NCBI RefSeq assembly: GCF_006345805.1
Contig: NC_043022.1
Location: 25,048,001 to 25,112,000, forward strand
Source: Octopus sinensis
Taxonomy: Eukaryota
DNA: 64,000 bases
Reading direction: 5' to 3'
The first letter of the stretch is position 1, and each line of letters begins with the position of its first letter. The notes under the pieces are model-generated. The model saw only the letters and a program-made list of their open reading frames with translations, made no database searches and had not been told where the DNA came from. A program made the translations under genes and the position numbers. Shown in pieces: positions 1 to 14,078 of this stretch.

Positions 1-323
1 TAGGTGGGGAGTATGTATGAATTTGTGTGTGTGTGTGTGTAACTTCCTGTTGAATTCCAGTCCATATAGACACATGGATAATACAGAAAAATCAATTTGC
101 TAATTCAAAAAAAAATAAATAGAAAATTGTTTGGTCTTTTTTGTTGTTGTTGTTGTTGTTCATATCTTTTTTTTTTGTTTGTCGCATATTTTTTTTTGTT
201 TTGTTTTTGCTTCTGTAGTCACTTTGCAGCTTTGGCAATTGAAACTTCACCTCCTCCCCCCAAAAAACCAACAACCTTCTTGTCTGTGATACAAAACACA
301 CAACATGTATGCATTCCATACAT

Positions 324-430
<107 letters not shown>

Positions 431-760
431 GCATACACACATACATATGCAGATAGCTCATAAGTAAATAGACATCCCTCATTGTACTGTTTTGTCTGTG
501 TGAACAATACTACCAGTTGCTTTAAACTCGTTAATGAATTACAGGCAAGGCATGTCTCCTAGATACAAGATTAAGTATTTAAATACATCATATTACATAT
601 TACATCATTTTGTTTTCTAGAAATGAACAAGTCAAAACCAATGGTGTCTATTTACTTTTGAAACGTCTGCATGAGAAAATATACATATATATATATTTAT
701 ATATTATACAGATGCATACATACATATATATATATTATACAAATGTATACATACATACAC

Positions 761-806
<46 letters not shown>

Positions 807-997
807 TATACAGATGCATACATATATACACACACACATACATATATAGGTATTCATATATACAAATATACACACATGTATCTATTATATTGTAGCGATG
901 AGATTTACTCTCTGTTACTCCTCTGCTGTGAACCTCCGAGAATTAACAGAGACTAATTAATGTCAGAACTACAATAAATAATTATGTTCTCTACTTC

Positions 998-1003
998 TTT
1001 ATT
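998..1003 (-). terminator. Possible polyadenylation signal AATAAA for Eph (about 1.8 kb 3' UTR); an alternative hexamer is at 2592-2597
   Basis: TTTATT on the plus strand with U-rich sequence downstream on the minus strand. The hexamer is common in AT-rich DNA, so this is weak. Confidence 0.25.
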
Positions 1004-2000
1004 GGAAACTTCCTCCTCTTGTTTGTAAACTCAAAAACACACACACACACACACGAACATGTAATATGTGTGCTCATGTGAATATAACACCCACTTTTTC
1101 AAAAAAAAAAAAAACCAAAACAAACAAACAAAAAAATATACAAAACACACACAAATACACATTAGTTTATATGTGTGTATGTTTGCACATCTGTAGAAAT
1201 GTGTATACATATCTATACACACGTGTGTGTGTGTGTATGTATGTATATATATATATGTGTGTGTGTGTGTTCATAATGTGACTATGAGTATAAACAGCTG
1301 TTTCGAGTTCCTTTTTTTTTTTTTTCACATCCGTCCCAACCCCGTATAAATTGTCAATCATTTCTGCTTTTTTGATGCAATAATACCAAATTCTTTGTAT
1401 TCCATCAGACAATTTCTTAAGCATTTGAGTAACAGCTGTAGTCCAAGTGGGTTTGATGTTGGAACTGAAAGGCTTACGGGGGAAGAAAAGTGGTGAGGGA
1501 GACTTTGGTAGAAGTTAGGAACCTGTAAGTTAGTTTCATGATATAAGAACAGATTCCGACACACATTGTTTTCTTTTACTGTTATTATTATTATTTTTAT
1601 ATTATATAGATGGGGTGGTGGTAGTGGTGGTGGTGGTGGTAGTGTTTATCGTGTTTAAAAAAAAAGGAGGGGTTCATTTTTAACGATTTTCATGGTGGTG
1701 ATAGTGGTGGTGGAAAGTTTAAGTTTTCATTTGTGACTGGAATATATTCAAAATTTTCAGCCAAACTTTTGCAATTTCTTTTTGAGCCAGGGGGAGTGGT
1801 AGGGCAAGGTTGGAAGGGGATGAGTGCAAGTATTAGTAAATTGGTGTTGGTGGTGGGGAAAAAAAATCATTTTTCGTTTGTTTTCAAATTTATCATTAAA
1901 AAATATTCATTTTTTTTTTTCCAGAATTTCGGGTTTACTTCTTCATGTGTGTATGTTTGTATATATACGTGAGTGTGTGTATACATTACATACATACATA

Positions 2001-2057
<57 letters not shown>

Positions 2058-2814
2058 GTGTATGTAGATTTTCTTCATATTATATTTCTTCTTGTGAATT
2101 CTTTTACAATTTCATTCCCTCCCTCTCCTTCCTTCCCTTATCCTTCCATCCACATTATTTTCCAAGAAATACAAAAAACAAACAAAGAAAAAACAAACAA
2201 ATAAAAAACAAATTGAGTAACAAATAAAAACAAACATACACATAACAAAAAATTAAAAAATAAAAACTCATTCATTTTCCCCACCCACACATTCTATTAT
2301 CATTGTTTTTTTTATATTTGTTGTGGTTTTAAGTATTTGTAGTCGTAGTAGTAGTAGTAGTTGTAGTGATGGTGGTGGTAGTGGTGGCAGCAAGGGTGGT
2401 AGTGGTGGTGGTGCTTCTTTTTTTAAAGTCTTTTGTGAACAGTGGGGGGGGGGGGGTAATCATTGTTTTTTGAAAAGGAAAAAAAATTTGTCTTATTGAT
2501 GTTAACTTTCTTTTTGTATGTATATTTGTTTGTTTTTCATTCTTTTTGTTTCATTCATTCATTCATTCATTCATTCTCTCATTCTCCCATCTTTATTGAC
2601 GTTGCTGTTCCTTGTTTTCATTTATCGTTTATTTTTTTTTTTGTTTTGGTACTTGTTGAAATTTTTTTCTTACTTTTCCTTACATTTCAAATTTTCAAAA
2701 AAAAAATATATATATATATATTTATATATATTCATGTAAAAGAAAAAATGGAAATGCGGGGGGTGGGGGAAGGGAGTGTCTGAAATAAAAAAAAAAAATT
2801 TAACCCCTAGAAAA

Positions 2815-3085
2815 CTATACGAGGAAACCTTCCGACATTTGGGCCCCATAGATTTGTGCTCGTAACATCTGTATGCTGTTCATTATTTTTTTTTGATGTC
2901 CCACCAAGTTCACATTTAAATCCATTAGATCCTTCATTGAAATCCGTGCTACCTGTTCCATATTTATGTAACCGGAATTCACAAAGTTCGCAATGTACCG
3001 TTCCATCTTTATCGACATAAGCCAGTCTTCAATGCTTGTAAAGCTGGTAAGATCAGGAGCGTTTGGATCTATGAAATTGTGAGGC
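2815..3085 (-). CDS. Eph: Eph last coding exon, SAM domain and PDZ-binding tail: (R)PHNFIDPNAPDLTSFTSIEDWLMSIKMERY...GHQKKIMNSIQMLRAQIYGAQMSEGFLV*
   Basis: 271 nt, phase 2 start. Acceptor tctttgcag, stop TAG at 2815-2817. SAM signatures WL..IKM.RY and GHQKKI. Confidence 0.97.
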
Positions 3086-3393
3086 CTGCAAAGACAAGGG
3101 TAAAATAAAAGTAGATATAAATAGCATGAAAGAAATAAGTATGCAAGACAAACAGACAGACAGACAAACAGGGAGGAAGGGTTAATGAGAGGTTACGAAC
3201 AGGTGTGGCTACGTAGTAAGAAGCTTGCTTCTCAAACACATGGTTCCCAGGTTCAGTCCCACTGCATGGCAGCTTGGGAAAGTGTCTTCTACTATAGCCT
3301 CAGGCTGACCAAAGCCTTGTGAATGGATTTGGTAGATGGAAACTGAAAGAAGCCCATCATATATATATATACACATATATGTCTTGCAAACAA

Positions 3394-3661
3394 CTTGCAC
3401 ATGCAAGTGCTACTAGTCAAAAGCTCCGTATACCAGAAGCCAGCAAGTGTATGGGGTCATCAGGAGAGAATGCGCGCCGTTTCAGGGCCTACCTCTCGAC
3501 GGCATCAATTCACACCTGCCCCCCTCACTGATATGAGGCCCCGCTTGCTAGATCATCTGGTTATTAAAATAAGCTCAATATCCTTCTAGCCATTGCTCAT
3601 CGTCTATTTTTAACCAAATCCAGTGGCTAGCCTTCTCCACTGTAGATTGGATAACAGTCAT
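3394..3661 (-). mobile_element. Second, shorter copy of the HERO-type 3' end
   Basis: Alignable by eye to 18480-18760; translates IQSTVEKASHWIWLKIDDEQWLEGY*. Confidence 0.75.
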
Positions 3662-4847
3662 TTACTAGAAAAATATTTTATATTATTCCATGACATTAAT
3701 TCTTTGAATCAAAGAAGCGAACTATTGAATTCATGTAGGCACCCAACCAAATTCAAAATATCGAATATCAATATCCCATATGGATAGCATACATTTTGTT
3801 TTTTTATTTTTTTTTATTCTTGGACTAGTTTTTGATCACACTGTTGGATTTGTTTCGTATTATGCAGGTTTTATTCCGCATCGCAAAGTTTTGTATATAT
3901 TTCGATATATTTCTTAAGAAAAAACTTTTGACTTAGTTTATTTCATTTTATTGTATTGTATAAACCCACTTTGGTCATTTAATTTATGGCTAATCCAATA
4001 TAGGGTGTTATATTTTGCATGTATTTTATCTAAAGTTTTATTATTATGCACTCAGCAATTTTTTAAAAAAATGTTTGTATATACGTCGGATCCTAGACAT
4101 GTTTTTATGTGAATATTTGTATTGGCATGCATGTGTGTGTGTTGTGTGTTTGTGTGTGTTTGTGCGTGTGTGTGTGTGTGTTTGTGTATGTATGTAGGTA
4201 TGTATATATATGTATGTATAAGCTGAAAGAGAGAGTAAGAGCAATGAAAGAGGAGAAAGGGGTTAGACATTAAATATACTAAAAGAAAATTGCTGTCGTT
4301 TAATCCTTGTCATCATGATCTCATTATCTATGTCAAAAAAATCAACCATTCTCAGGCACACACACACATGCACAAATTCATGCTTCCCACTCATAGTTCA
4401 CATACACACACACACATATATTATTCATACAGATGCACAGGCATGTACACACACGTACACATATGTTCAGACTCACTGGCATATTATATGTGTGTATGCA
4501 TTTGTATATGTACGTACACACACACACACACACCAACACAAGCATCCCTATAACAACTTGTTGACAGTCAATCTCAACAGACTGGGTTCTTCCGAACAGG
4601 AAGTTGTATATTTTGTTTGTAGTCGATGCCACTTGGATAGATGGAGGGGGATGAGGAAGAGAAATCTGCTCAGTGCCTTTCTAAGCTGATCCTGACTTTA
4701 GGATAGGGTTTAAATCAGAGCAGTTAATATTGTGTTGATGATGTTCTTGTTGTTTAGCACCCTTGGTGGTCCTGCACTACCATGATCAAAAGAAAGCAAG
4801 CCATGGCCACCCTCTCTGACTTTTAGGAATAGCATGACCCAGCTGTG

Positions 4848-5159
4848 TTGTGGAGGCACATGGCCTAGTGGTTAGAGCAGCTGACTCGCGGTCGAGGGAT
4901 CGCAGGTTCGAATCTCAGACTGGGTGATGTGTGTGTTTATGAGCGAAACACCTAAGCTCCACGCGGTTCCAGCAGAAGGTAATGGCGAACATCTGCTGAC
5001 TCTTTCTCTACAAATTTTTCTCACTCTTTCCTCCTGCATCTTTGCAGCTCACCTGCGACGAACCGGCGTCCCGTTCAGGTGGGGAACCTATACGCCAAGA
5101 AACCGGGAAACCGGCCCTTATGAGCCAGGCATGGCTCGAGAAGGAACAAACAAACAACA
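4848..5159 (+). mobile_element. tRNA-derived SINE (family B) with 14-bp TSD
   Basis: A box TGGCCTAGTGG, B box GGTTCGAATC, (CAA)n tail; TSD ATGACCCAGCTGTG at 4834-4847 and 5160-5173. Confidence 0.85.
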
Positions 5160-5458
5160 ATGACCCAGCTGTGGCATGGCTATTTTAGGGTTTAGTCAAG
5201 CTAACCCTAAAACCAATTTTTTTAAGCCTGATATTCTTTTTTGGTCATCTTCCAATATTGGTCTACAGAGTGTCAGTGTGAGGAGACAATATCAATCACC
5301 CTCTTTTTTTCTGCCACAATGAAGTCCCATTTTTTCTTTAGCATTCCCTTTTGACGAACTGATAATTAACACCAAATAAGCACCAGCTGTCAAGCAATTA
5401 GACACACACACACAAATATATTTGTGTATTTATGTACAAATTTTGTACAAATACTCAC

Positions 5459-5601
5459 CGGGGTTTTGCCATTTTCCGCAATAATTCCGGCGCTCGTATT
5501 AATTTGTCCAGAGTTTTGACAATTGCATTAAATTTTGGTCGATGGTTTCTTTCTCGTTGCCAACAATCAAGCATCAATTGGTGGATTGCTTCAGGACAAT
5601 C
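5459..5601 (-). CDS. Eph: Eph kinase C-lobe exon: [47 protein letters not shown](R)
   Basis: 143 nt, phase 0 to 2. Acceptor ttttcgtag, donor CG|gtgagt. Confidence 0.96.
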
Positions 5602-7450
5602 CTACGAAAACAAAAGAAAACAAAATGTAAATAAAAAGAAATGGTAAAACAGTTTTTAAAAAAATCACTCAATACTCATCATCATCATTGTTTAACATCT
5701 GCCTTCCATGCTAGCATGGGTTGGATGATTTTGACTGAATACTGGCGAACCAGACGGCTGCACCAGGCTCCAATCTTGATTTGGCAGAGTTTCTACAGCT
5801 GGATGCCCTTCCTAATGCCAACCACTCCGAGATTGTAGTGGCTGCTTTTTATGTGCCACCAGCACCGGGCCAGTCAGGCGGTACTGGCAATGACCTCGCT
5901 CGAATCTTTTACACATGCCACCGGCACAGGTGCCAGTAAGGCGGTGTTGGTAATGATCATGCTCGAATGGTGCCCTTTTACGTCCCACCGGCAATGAAAA
6001 TTTCCAATTTCAATTGATTGGAACTCAGCAATTTTTTGGTTAAAGTATATACATTTCTGTAAGTACTATGCTTATGTACTTTTTGTGTATATACGTATGT
6101 GTTTATGCATGTATGTATATTTGTATGTGTATGTGATTGTGTGCATATGTGTATATTTTGTATGCATATATATATATACACATACAGTACTTACACAAAT
6201 ATACATATATGCATACACACAAAAAATACATAAATATAAACAATTCTGCTGAAAAGCGAAGTTAAAGAAATAGAAATTTTATAGAGAAATTGCCAAAGAA
6301 ACAGTTCCATGTTTGTGATGCTTTAACCGAAAGATTGCCAGGAACTCTCATGTATCAGTCTTTTCAAAAAGCTATTTTACAACAGTTTGTCCTTCCTCCA
6401 TGCAGTTGTAGATCTGACTGCCTCCTTAAAATTGTTAGCACATATTTCACTTCTTAAGATTATAGGGTACAATTGAAGGGAAAATTAGCTGCTATTTCTA
6501 GCAGGCTAAGTGACTACAAACAAGCTCACCATTGGCTTCTACTCCCTTGTATTGATAATCTATGTATTATAGGGATAAAGTTATATAATTCCTACATTTT
6601 ATACCTCTTTGGTATCTAAAATGTAATTTTCTGTTTCTTTCCGATCAAAGAAAAAGTAATAAACTAGGATAATTCTTTAAGGATTGTTATCTCTCTCGTC
6701 ATGTAACCATAGGGAATAATCCATAAGGATTTCTTGAAGAGGCTCAACTGGAAACATCAACGGATCTCCAAGGAGCATTTAACTCTTTGTCTGTCCTGTC
6801 TATCACATGTGATATGCAGAACATATTTCCCTGGTGTCCATGTATCAGATATGATACACATTCCCAATTTTATTTCAACTAGAACAACTTGGGACTTATG
6901 AAAGTAAAGCTGGATATTTTGTAAGAAGCTTGCTTCTCAACCACAAGGTCCAGAGTTCAGTCCCACTGTGTAGCACCTTGGGTAAGTGTCTTCTACTCTA
7001 GCCTCAGGGCAGTAAAGACAAAAGTATTTTACAATCAGACATACTTTTTGTCAATTCTTTTAGCCACCATTTATGACAAGTATGGATGGAGGGTATCTAT
7101 CCAAAAACTTCATTAACTATTGTAAATATGACTCAAATTACAGGCTTAATAACTTGAAAAGAAATCATTAAAACAAAATACATATCAATATCTAAACTTT
7201 CCCCTGTGATAAAGGCCACCAGCTCTTCTATACAGCCCTTGGTTTGAACAGCCACCTCAGGCACCAGAACCCATGTCTGTCCTCGTTTGTCCACTCTATG
7301 TTTAGCCCCTTGTGGGTAATAAAGAAATAGGAATCATTAAAAAAAGTACTAATTGACCACTGGGGTTGATGTAATCAACACCCACCTCCTGAAATTGCTG
7401 GCCTTGTGCCAAAATTTGAAACCAATGTATTGTATGTATCTGATACTCAC

Positions 7451-7645
7451 CATAGGTGGAGGAAGACGATATCCTTTTTCAACTGCCTTTATAACGTCCT
7501 GGTTAGACCAGTTCCAGTAGGGTCGCTCACCGTATGACATCACTTCCCACATTACAACACCATAACTCCAGACATCTGAAGCTGACGTGAATTTGCGAAA
7601 TGCAATAGCTTCTGGTGCTGTCCATCTGACAGGGATTTTGCCACC
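7451..7645 (-). CDS. Eph: Eph kinase exon: [65 protein letters not shown]
   Basis: 195 nt, phase 0 to 0. Acceptor caatttag, donor ATG|gtgagt. Confidence 0.97.
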
Positions 7646-7730
7646 CTAAATTGAATTTAGAACATAAGGATATAAATACACACATATAAATACACACATA
7701 TTATATATAAATAAACAGTATATTATTACG

Positions 7731-8110
7731 TTTATACATTTGTTGTGCAAGATTCTTTATGTGAAGTCGTGTGTTGAAACAAATATTGTTGTATTTAGGA
7801 ATGGTCATTTTGCCAGTTTAGCCAATAAAAACACACGCACTATATTATTTATTTTTTACATTAATCTTATATTATTAATCTTTATATTATTAATCTTTAA
7901 ATTAATAATTTATATTTATATTATTAATCTTTATTATTACATTTATATATTTGTTTTGCAAGATTTTTTATGTGAAGTCGTGTGTTGAAACAAATATTGC
8001 TGTATTTCGGAATGGTCATTTTGCCAGTGTAGCCAATAAAAACACACGCACTATATATTTGGTGTTACTTTGCTTCAGTGTTATCTATTTTTTACATTAA
8101 TCTTAATCTT
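7731..8110. repeat. Tandem duplication of an interspersed repeat fragment (period about 211 bp)
   Basis: GTGAAGTCGTGTGTTGAAACAAATATTG...AACACACGCACTATAT at 7761 and 7972. Confidence 0.8.
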
Positions 8111-8944
8111 AATTCGGCCAGAGTTCTTTCATCACACCCCTGTGACCTCATCAGTGGTCCTTTGCTTTCTTCTTTCTTATTTGTGTGTCTCTCCTTACTA
8201 ACCGTCAGCCATTTTGTATTATTGTTTGTGTTGTTGCTGCAGTTAGTGTTGTTCGCGTCTGTGTTGTTATTGTTGTTGTTGTATATTATTATATGTATGA
8301 AATGACACAGAAATACATACAAACTACGATACAATGATGCCACTCACAGCCCCGCAAAATAAATGTGTAGTCGTTTTCAAGTGGAGAACTTTTTCCCCAA
8401 GTCTATTTGCACAGTGAAAGGTCTTATCAGTTTCAAATACACCGAGACATGACAAATATGATTTTACATGAATACACACACACACACAACAAACACACAT
8501 GTGTGGGTGTGAAATATTTTAAAATGTATTAACTGAAGAAGGTCCTTTGTGTAAGGAGATGCATTTCTTATTATATATTATGCTTTTCCTCACAATCTTC
8601 AGACATGAAGAACAGCCATCATGTGCACATAAGAATGCATATTTCTGTGTGTAGATGTGTGTATGAAAGTATGCAAATGCACGTGGTTACTCTTTTACTT
8701 GTTTCAGTCATTTGACTGCGGCCATGCTAGAGCACCGCCTTTAGTCGAGCAAATCGAATTCTAAAAGGTTAAGTTTACAAATTACTTCACATATGGCGGT
8801 GCCCCAGCATGGTCACAGCTCAAGAGCTGAAACTGGAAAACATAAACAATATCAACCACATACAGTGCAATCTACTTATGAAGTGTTTATATATATATGT
8901 ATGTAAAGGAATGAGTGAGTCTGTGCATGTGTAGTGGTACTCAC

Positions 8945-9058
8945 CTTAGTTGTATAGGCCCCATCTGTAGTATCATTTTCCACCTCTCGAGAAAGACCAA
9001 AGTCGGCCACCTTGCACACCAAATGTTCATTCACCAATATATTACGGGCTGCAAGGTC
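8945..9058 (-). CDS. Eph: Eph kinase exon: [38 protein letters not shown]
   Basis: 114 nt, phase 0 to 0. Acceptor ttttgcag, donor AAG|gtgagt. Catalytic loop and DFG. Confidence 0.97.
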
Positions 9059-10453
9059 CTGCAAAATGGAAAACAGAAATGCTTATAATGCTACTATCAA
9101 ATGATGATGATGATGATGATAATAATGTGTTATCATGTACATTGTTTTGTCTTGGTATAAAAGATGGGTTACAGCAAATATTCTGCTCAATACCACAGAT
9201 TTGCTTGTGAGTTGTTTGACCTTAACCAGTTGAGCATAACCCGTGGCCTCTACCTTGGATGTAGCCAGCCCACTTATGTATGCATACCTTTCCTTTTTGG
9301 GACACAAAACTCTGCTTGCGAAGACCTGTTGAGGCAAGTGAAATCGAAATCGAAATCGCTCAAAAATCAATGGAAATTGTAGTTGTGATACCAGTGCCGG
9401 TGGCATGTAAAATAACCATCCAAACGAGGCCTTTGCCAGTGCCGCCCCGACTGGCCTCCATGCCAGTGGCACGTAAAAAGCACCAACCGATCATGGCCGT
9501 TGCCAGCCTCGCCTGGCACCTGTGCCGGTGGCACGTAAAAAGCGCCCACTACACTCACGGAGTATGAAAAGTGGATTTAAGCTCAGAATGTGAAAGAGCA
9601 AGAACAACTACCACAAGGCATTTTATTCAAAACTAAATACTGTACCAATCTGGTGACTTAATTAATAATAATTAATCATAATAATAATAATGATCCATAA
9701 TGATACTTTTTAGGCACAGGGCTTAAAATTTTGGTGGAGGTTCTTGATTGGTAAAAACCCCAAGGGAATGAAAGGCTGACTTTTACCATCAGTGGGATTT
9801 GAACTCAGAACATAGAGAGCAGTAACTAAATACCACGCATATTTTGTCTGACATTCAACTGATTCTGCCATTCTGATGCCCATAGCAACAACAACAACAA
9901 TAACGATGACAACAATAATACTAATAATAAATAACAATGATGATGATGATGATGACAATAATAATAATAATAATACTAATGATGATGACGACAATGATAA
10001 TAATAATGATAATAATGATGATGACGACAATGATAATAATAATGATAATAATGATGATGACGACAATGATAATAATAATGATAATAATAATGATGATGAC
10101 GACAATGATAATAATAATGATGATGATGATAACAATAATAATAATGAAAATTTTCCAAAAAAAGATAAATTTTACAGACAATGTTGCAGTTTAATATTAA
10201 AACTCATCAATACTTAATTAGAAGATGTGTAATTAACGAGACAAGACAAAGCAGTCGTTAATGCATATACCTGCATAAACACAATGTACACATGTACACC
10301 AGAACACACAAACACATATACACTGTCACATATGCTTGCATACATACATATATACATACATACATACGCACATACTGAAACATAAGCAAAGACCACGTAC
10401 ATACATACGCAAAGTAAGGCACACACATTCAAAGTCAACAGAGCCATACAGGC

Positions 10454-10486
<33 letters not shown>

Positions 10487-10740
10487 GGGTGTGTGTGTGT
10501 ATACAAATGCACACTATGAAAACAAACACACATACAAACATATATGCAAGCAAGGACATACGCAGTTGAAATAGAACATCAATCAGAAACAACATTTAAT
10601 CAGATGAGTGACAGGGATAAAGGACAAATGTTGAAATAACAAATAAGGAGAGATTGGGTGATAGACAAATGAATAGACAGACAGAGAGAGAGAGAGGGAG
10701 GGAGAGGAAGGGAGACAGAAGAATGGCAACATATTATATA

Positions 10741-10771
<31 letters not shown>

Positions 10772-10795
10772 GCATGCACATAAATATATATGTAC

Positions 10796-10835
<40 letters not shown>

Positions 10836-10842
10836 ATATATA

Positions 10843-10875
<33 letters not shown>

Positions 10876-11412
10876 GTTCATATATATATATATATATACA
10901 TATAGACACAAGTATATATATACATATAGACACAAGTATATATATATATACATATAGACAAGCATATATATATATATATATATATACATACATATAGACA
11001 CAAGCATGATGATATATACATACAATGATATATACATACACAAACACACATGTATATACAAACATGCACTGCACACACACACACCAAATATACAAACAAA
11101 AACAAACACATATACACATATACAACTACACACACACACACACGCGTGAGTTTGTGTGTGTGTGTGTATAATGAGAAGGAAAAATATAAAATAGACAGAT
11201 AGACCATAAAGAGAGAGAGAGAGAGATAGATAGATAGATACATACATACAGACACAGATAGGCAGATAGACAGAGAAAAATATAAAGAGAGAGAGAGAGA
11301 GACCTAGATAAGCAGACATATAGAGATAGAGATCAGGGATTTGTCAGTAATCTCCCTAAGGTGTAAGCAAGAGCGGAATGTGCAGTGAATGGATATTATA
11401 AATGATTCTTAC

Positions 11413-11511
11413 CCTGTGTACATAACTCATTTCTGACAAATATTTCATTCCAGACGAAATGCCCCTCATCATACCAATTAATTGAAGATAGGAAAATGTT
11501 CCGTCATTGTT
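11413..11511 (-). CDS. Eph: Eph kinase exon: [33 protein letters not shown]
   Basis: 99 nt, phase 0 to 0. Acceptor ttgttccag, donor AGG|gtaaga. Not visible in the ORF track. Confidence 0.96.
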
Positions 11512-11972
11512 CTGGAACAACAGGAAGAATATGACAGAAAAATTTAGAGTTTAGAGACTGGCGTTATTGGAATAACAAACATTATTATACAAGTGTATAT
11601 TATACGATATATATATATGTGTGTGTGTATATATATATATATGTGTATATATATATATGTGTGTGTATATATGTGTGTGTATATATGTGTGTGTATATAT
11701 GTGTGTGTATATATGTGTGTGTTATATATATATATATGTGTATATATATATATGTGTGTGTATATATATGTGTGTGTATATATGTGTGTGTGTATATATG
11801 TGTATATATGTGTGTGTATATATATATATATGTATAGAGAGAAAGAGAGATGATATTTGATGTAGAGATATAAAGTGATATATCTGTATTTATAAAGGAA
11901 TGTCAATTAACTAATCATAGTGCTTTATAAACAGACACTCTAAGCATGTGTATATATATATATATATATATA

Positions 11973-12020
<48 letters not shown>

Positions 12021-12903
12021 ATATATATATGTATGTTTATACATACATGTATATGTGTAAAACCATATACCTTCATGCATATAATATACATAAACACACA
12101 CTTGTGTGTAGGTGTATGTTTAAATACATATATATATATATATACCTACACTCATATACATACACACTGATATGTGTGTGAAAGTTAAACCCTTTATCAT
12201 TGTCATGTCAAATGTACCTAAAAAGCACCATCCATACGTGGTCGATGTCAGCGCCTCCTTGACTGGCTACCGTGCACGGTGGCATGTAAAAAGCACCAGC
12301 CGATTGTGGCCGTTGCCAGCCTCCCCTGGCACCTGTGCCGGTGGCATGTAAAAAGCACGCATTACACTCATGGAGTGGTTGGCGTTAGGAAGGGCATCCA
12401 GCTGTAGAAACACTGCCAGATCAGACAGGAGCCGGGGGCAGCCTCCTGGCTTCCCAGACCCTGGTTGAACCATCCAACCCATGCTAGCATGGAAAACGGA
12501 CATTAAACGATGATGATGATGATGATGATTGTTTTGAATTAATCATATATTATCTTGTAGCTTTGAAATTTTGATAATGCGATTGTATATTTTTAGAATG
12601 ACATTGTAGGGTAGGTGCAAGAGTTTTGGCTGCTCTTTCTTGCAGCCAAATTCCTGTTGATTACCAGGAAAGAAGTCCACCCTTTTAATAGGTATGTAAA
12701 TTCAAACTGTATTGTACATAAAACAGCAGTGTGTGATTTGATGGAGATTTGGCTGCTCTTTCTTGCATTCCAATCGGTTACATGGAGAAAAGCTCACCTG
12801 TTTTATGGCTGTATGCATTCAAACATTAATGATTAGAAAATTCCAAAAATGAATAATAAATTATATAAATGGCCAGAAAAGCAATTCAAGAAATTCTACT
12901 CAC

Positions 12904-12965
12904 TCTTAAGAAAGTATCCAAGGAGCCATTTGCCATGTATTCTGTTACTATCATAATGGGATGAC
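12904..12965 (-). CDS. Eph: Eph kinase exon: SHPIMIVTEYMANGSLDTFLR
   Basis: 62 nt, phase 1 to 0. Acceptor ttttgcag, donor AGA|gtgagt. Gatekeeper Thr and hinge. Not visible in the ORF track. Confidence 0.96.
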
Positions 12966-13014
12966 CTGCAAAAGAAAAATATAAAAATCAATATTAATAA
13001 TAATAATAATAATA

Positions 13015-13473
13015 ATAATAAACCTATCTACTAAAGGCACAAAGCATGAAATTTTAGGGGAGGGAACCAGTTGATTACATTGACCTCAGTGTTCAACTGG
13101 TACTTAATTTATCAACCCTGAAAGGATGAAAGACAAAGTCAACCCCTGGCGGCATTTGGACTCAGAACATGAAGACAGATGAAATGCCATTAAGCATTTT
13201 GCCTGGCAATGCTAATGATTCTGCTAGCTTGCTGCCTCAATAATAATAATAATAATAATCTTTTCTACTAAGGGCAGAAGGCCCGAAACTTTGTGGGAGG
13301 GGACTAGCTGATTCCATCGACTCCAGTGTTTGACAGGTACTTAATTTATTGACCCCGAAAGGATGAAAAGCAAAATCAACCTTGATAGAATTTGAACTCA
13401 GAATGTAGCAGTGGGCGAAATACTGCTAAGCATTCTGTCCAGCATGCTAACGATTCTGCCAGCTAATTGCCCT
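13015..13473 (-). mobile_element. Two adjacent copies of SINE family E (others at about 9712-9872, 45920-46030, 46100-46230, 61640-61760)
   Basis: Shared motifs CTGGTACTTAATTTAT.GACCCCGAAAGGATGAAAG and ATTTGAACTCAGAA; (AAT)n tails. Confidence 0.7.
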
Positions 13474-13497
13474 AATAATAATAATAATAGTAATAAT

Positions 13498-13809
13498 CAC
13501 TGTGATTACCGTGACCGACCAGGCTATCAGATGTTGCTACACATCGCTGGTCACAATGCGCTTTGCATTGTTTTAGCCTTTAAATGACGCCACACCTGCT
13601 GGCTAAGTAGGCAGGCCAACAGAAGAAAGAGTGAGAGAAAGTTGTGGTGAAAGAGTACAGCAGGGATCACCACCACCCCTTGCTGGAGCCTCGTGGAGCT
13701 TTAGGTGTTTTCACTGAATAAACACACACAACGCCCAGTCTTGGAATCAAAACCACGATCCTACGACTGCGAGTCCGCTGCCCTAACCACTGAGCCATTG
13801 CGCCTCCAC
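13498..13809 (-). mobile_element. tRNA-derived SINE (family C head, different 3' part) with 12-bp TSD
   Basis: Same head as 24786-25179; TSD AATAGTAATAAT at 13486-13497 and 13810-13821. Confidence 0.8.
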
Positions 13810-13889
13810 AATAGTAATAATAATACCATAAAACAGATGTGTAAGATACAAATACATATGCTGAGAAAGTTTTTTTTTAATATTTAGAG

Positions 13890-14078
13890 CAGTGGTTTTC
13901 AACCAGGGTTCCGCCAGTACAGTCCAGGGGTTACAAAACTGCTAAAATTGGCAGTAATTTTTAATTCTCCTGTGCAGATATGTGTGCATAAAACTATTAA
14001 ATTATTGCACAGGGGTTCCTCGAGCCAGTGGAATGTTTCCTTGGGGTTCTGCTCCAGCAAAAAGTTTGAAAAGCACTG
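13890..14078. mobile_element. hAT-type MITE, 189 bp, with perfect 8-bp TSD
   Basis: TIRs CAGTGGTTTTCAA / TTGAAAAGCACTG; TSD ATTTAGAG at 13882-13889 and 14079-14086. Confidence 0.9.

Noticed and set aside
4530-4632. Minus-strand peptide KIYNFLFGRTQSVEID resembling a LINE reverse-transcriptase motif
   Set aside because: It is a single short motif with no supporting flanking motifs; a BLASTX or HMM search is needed to support it.
4851-4925. tRNA-like sequences at SINE heads as tRNA genes
   Set aside because: They lack a proper acceptor stem, continue into SINE bodies and are bounded by TSDs.
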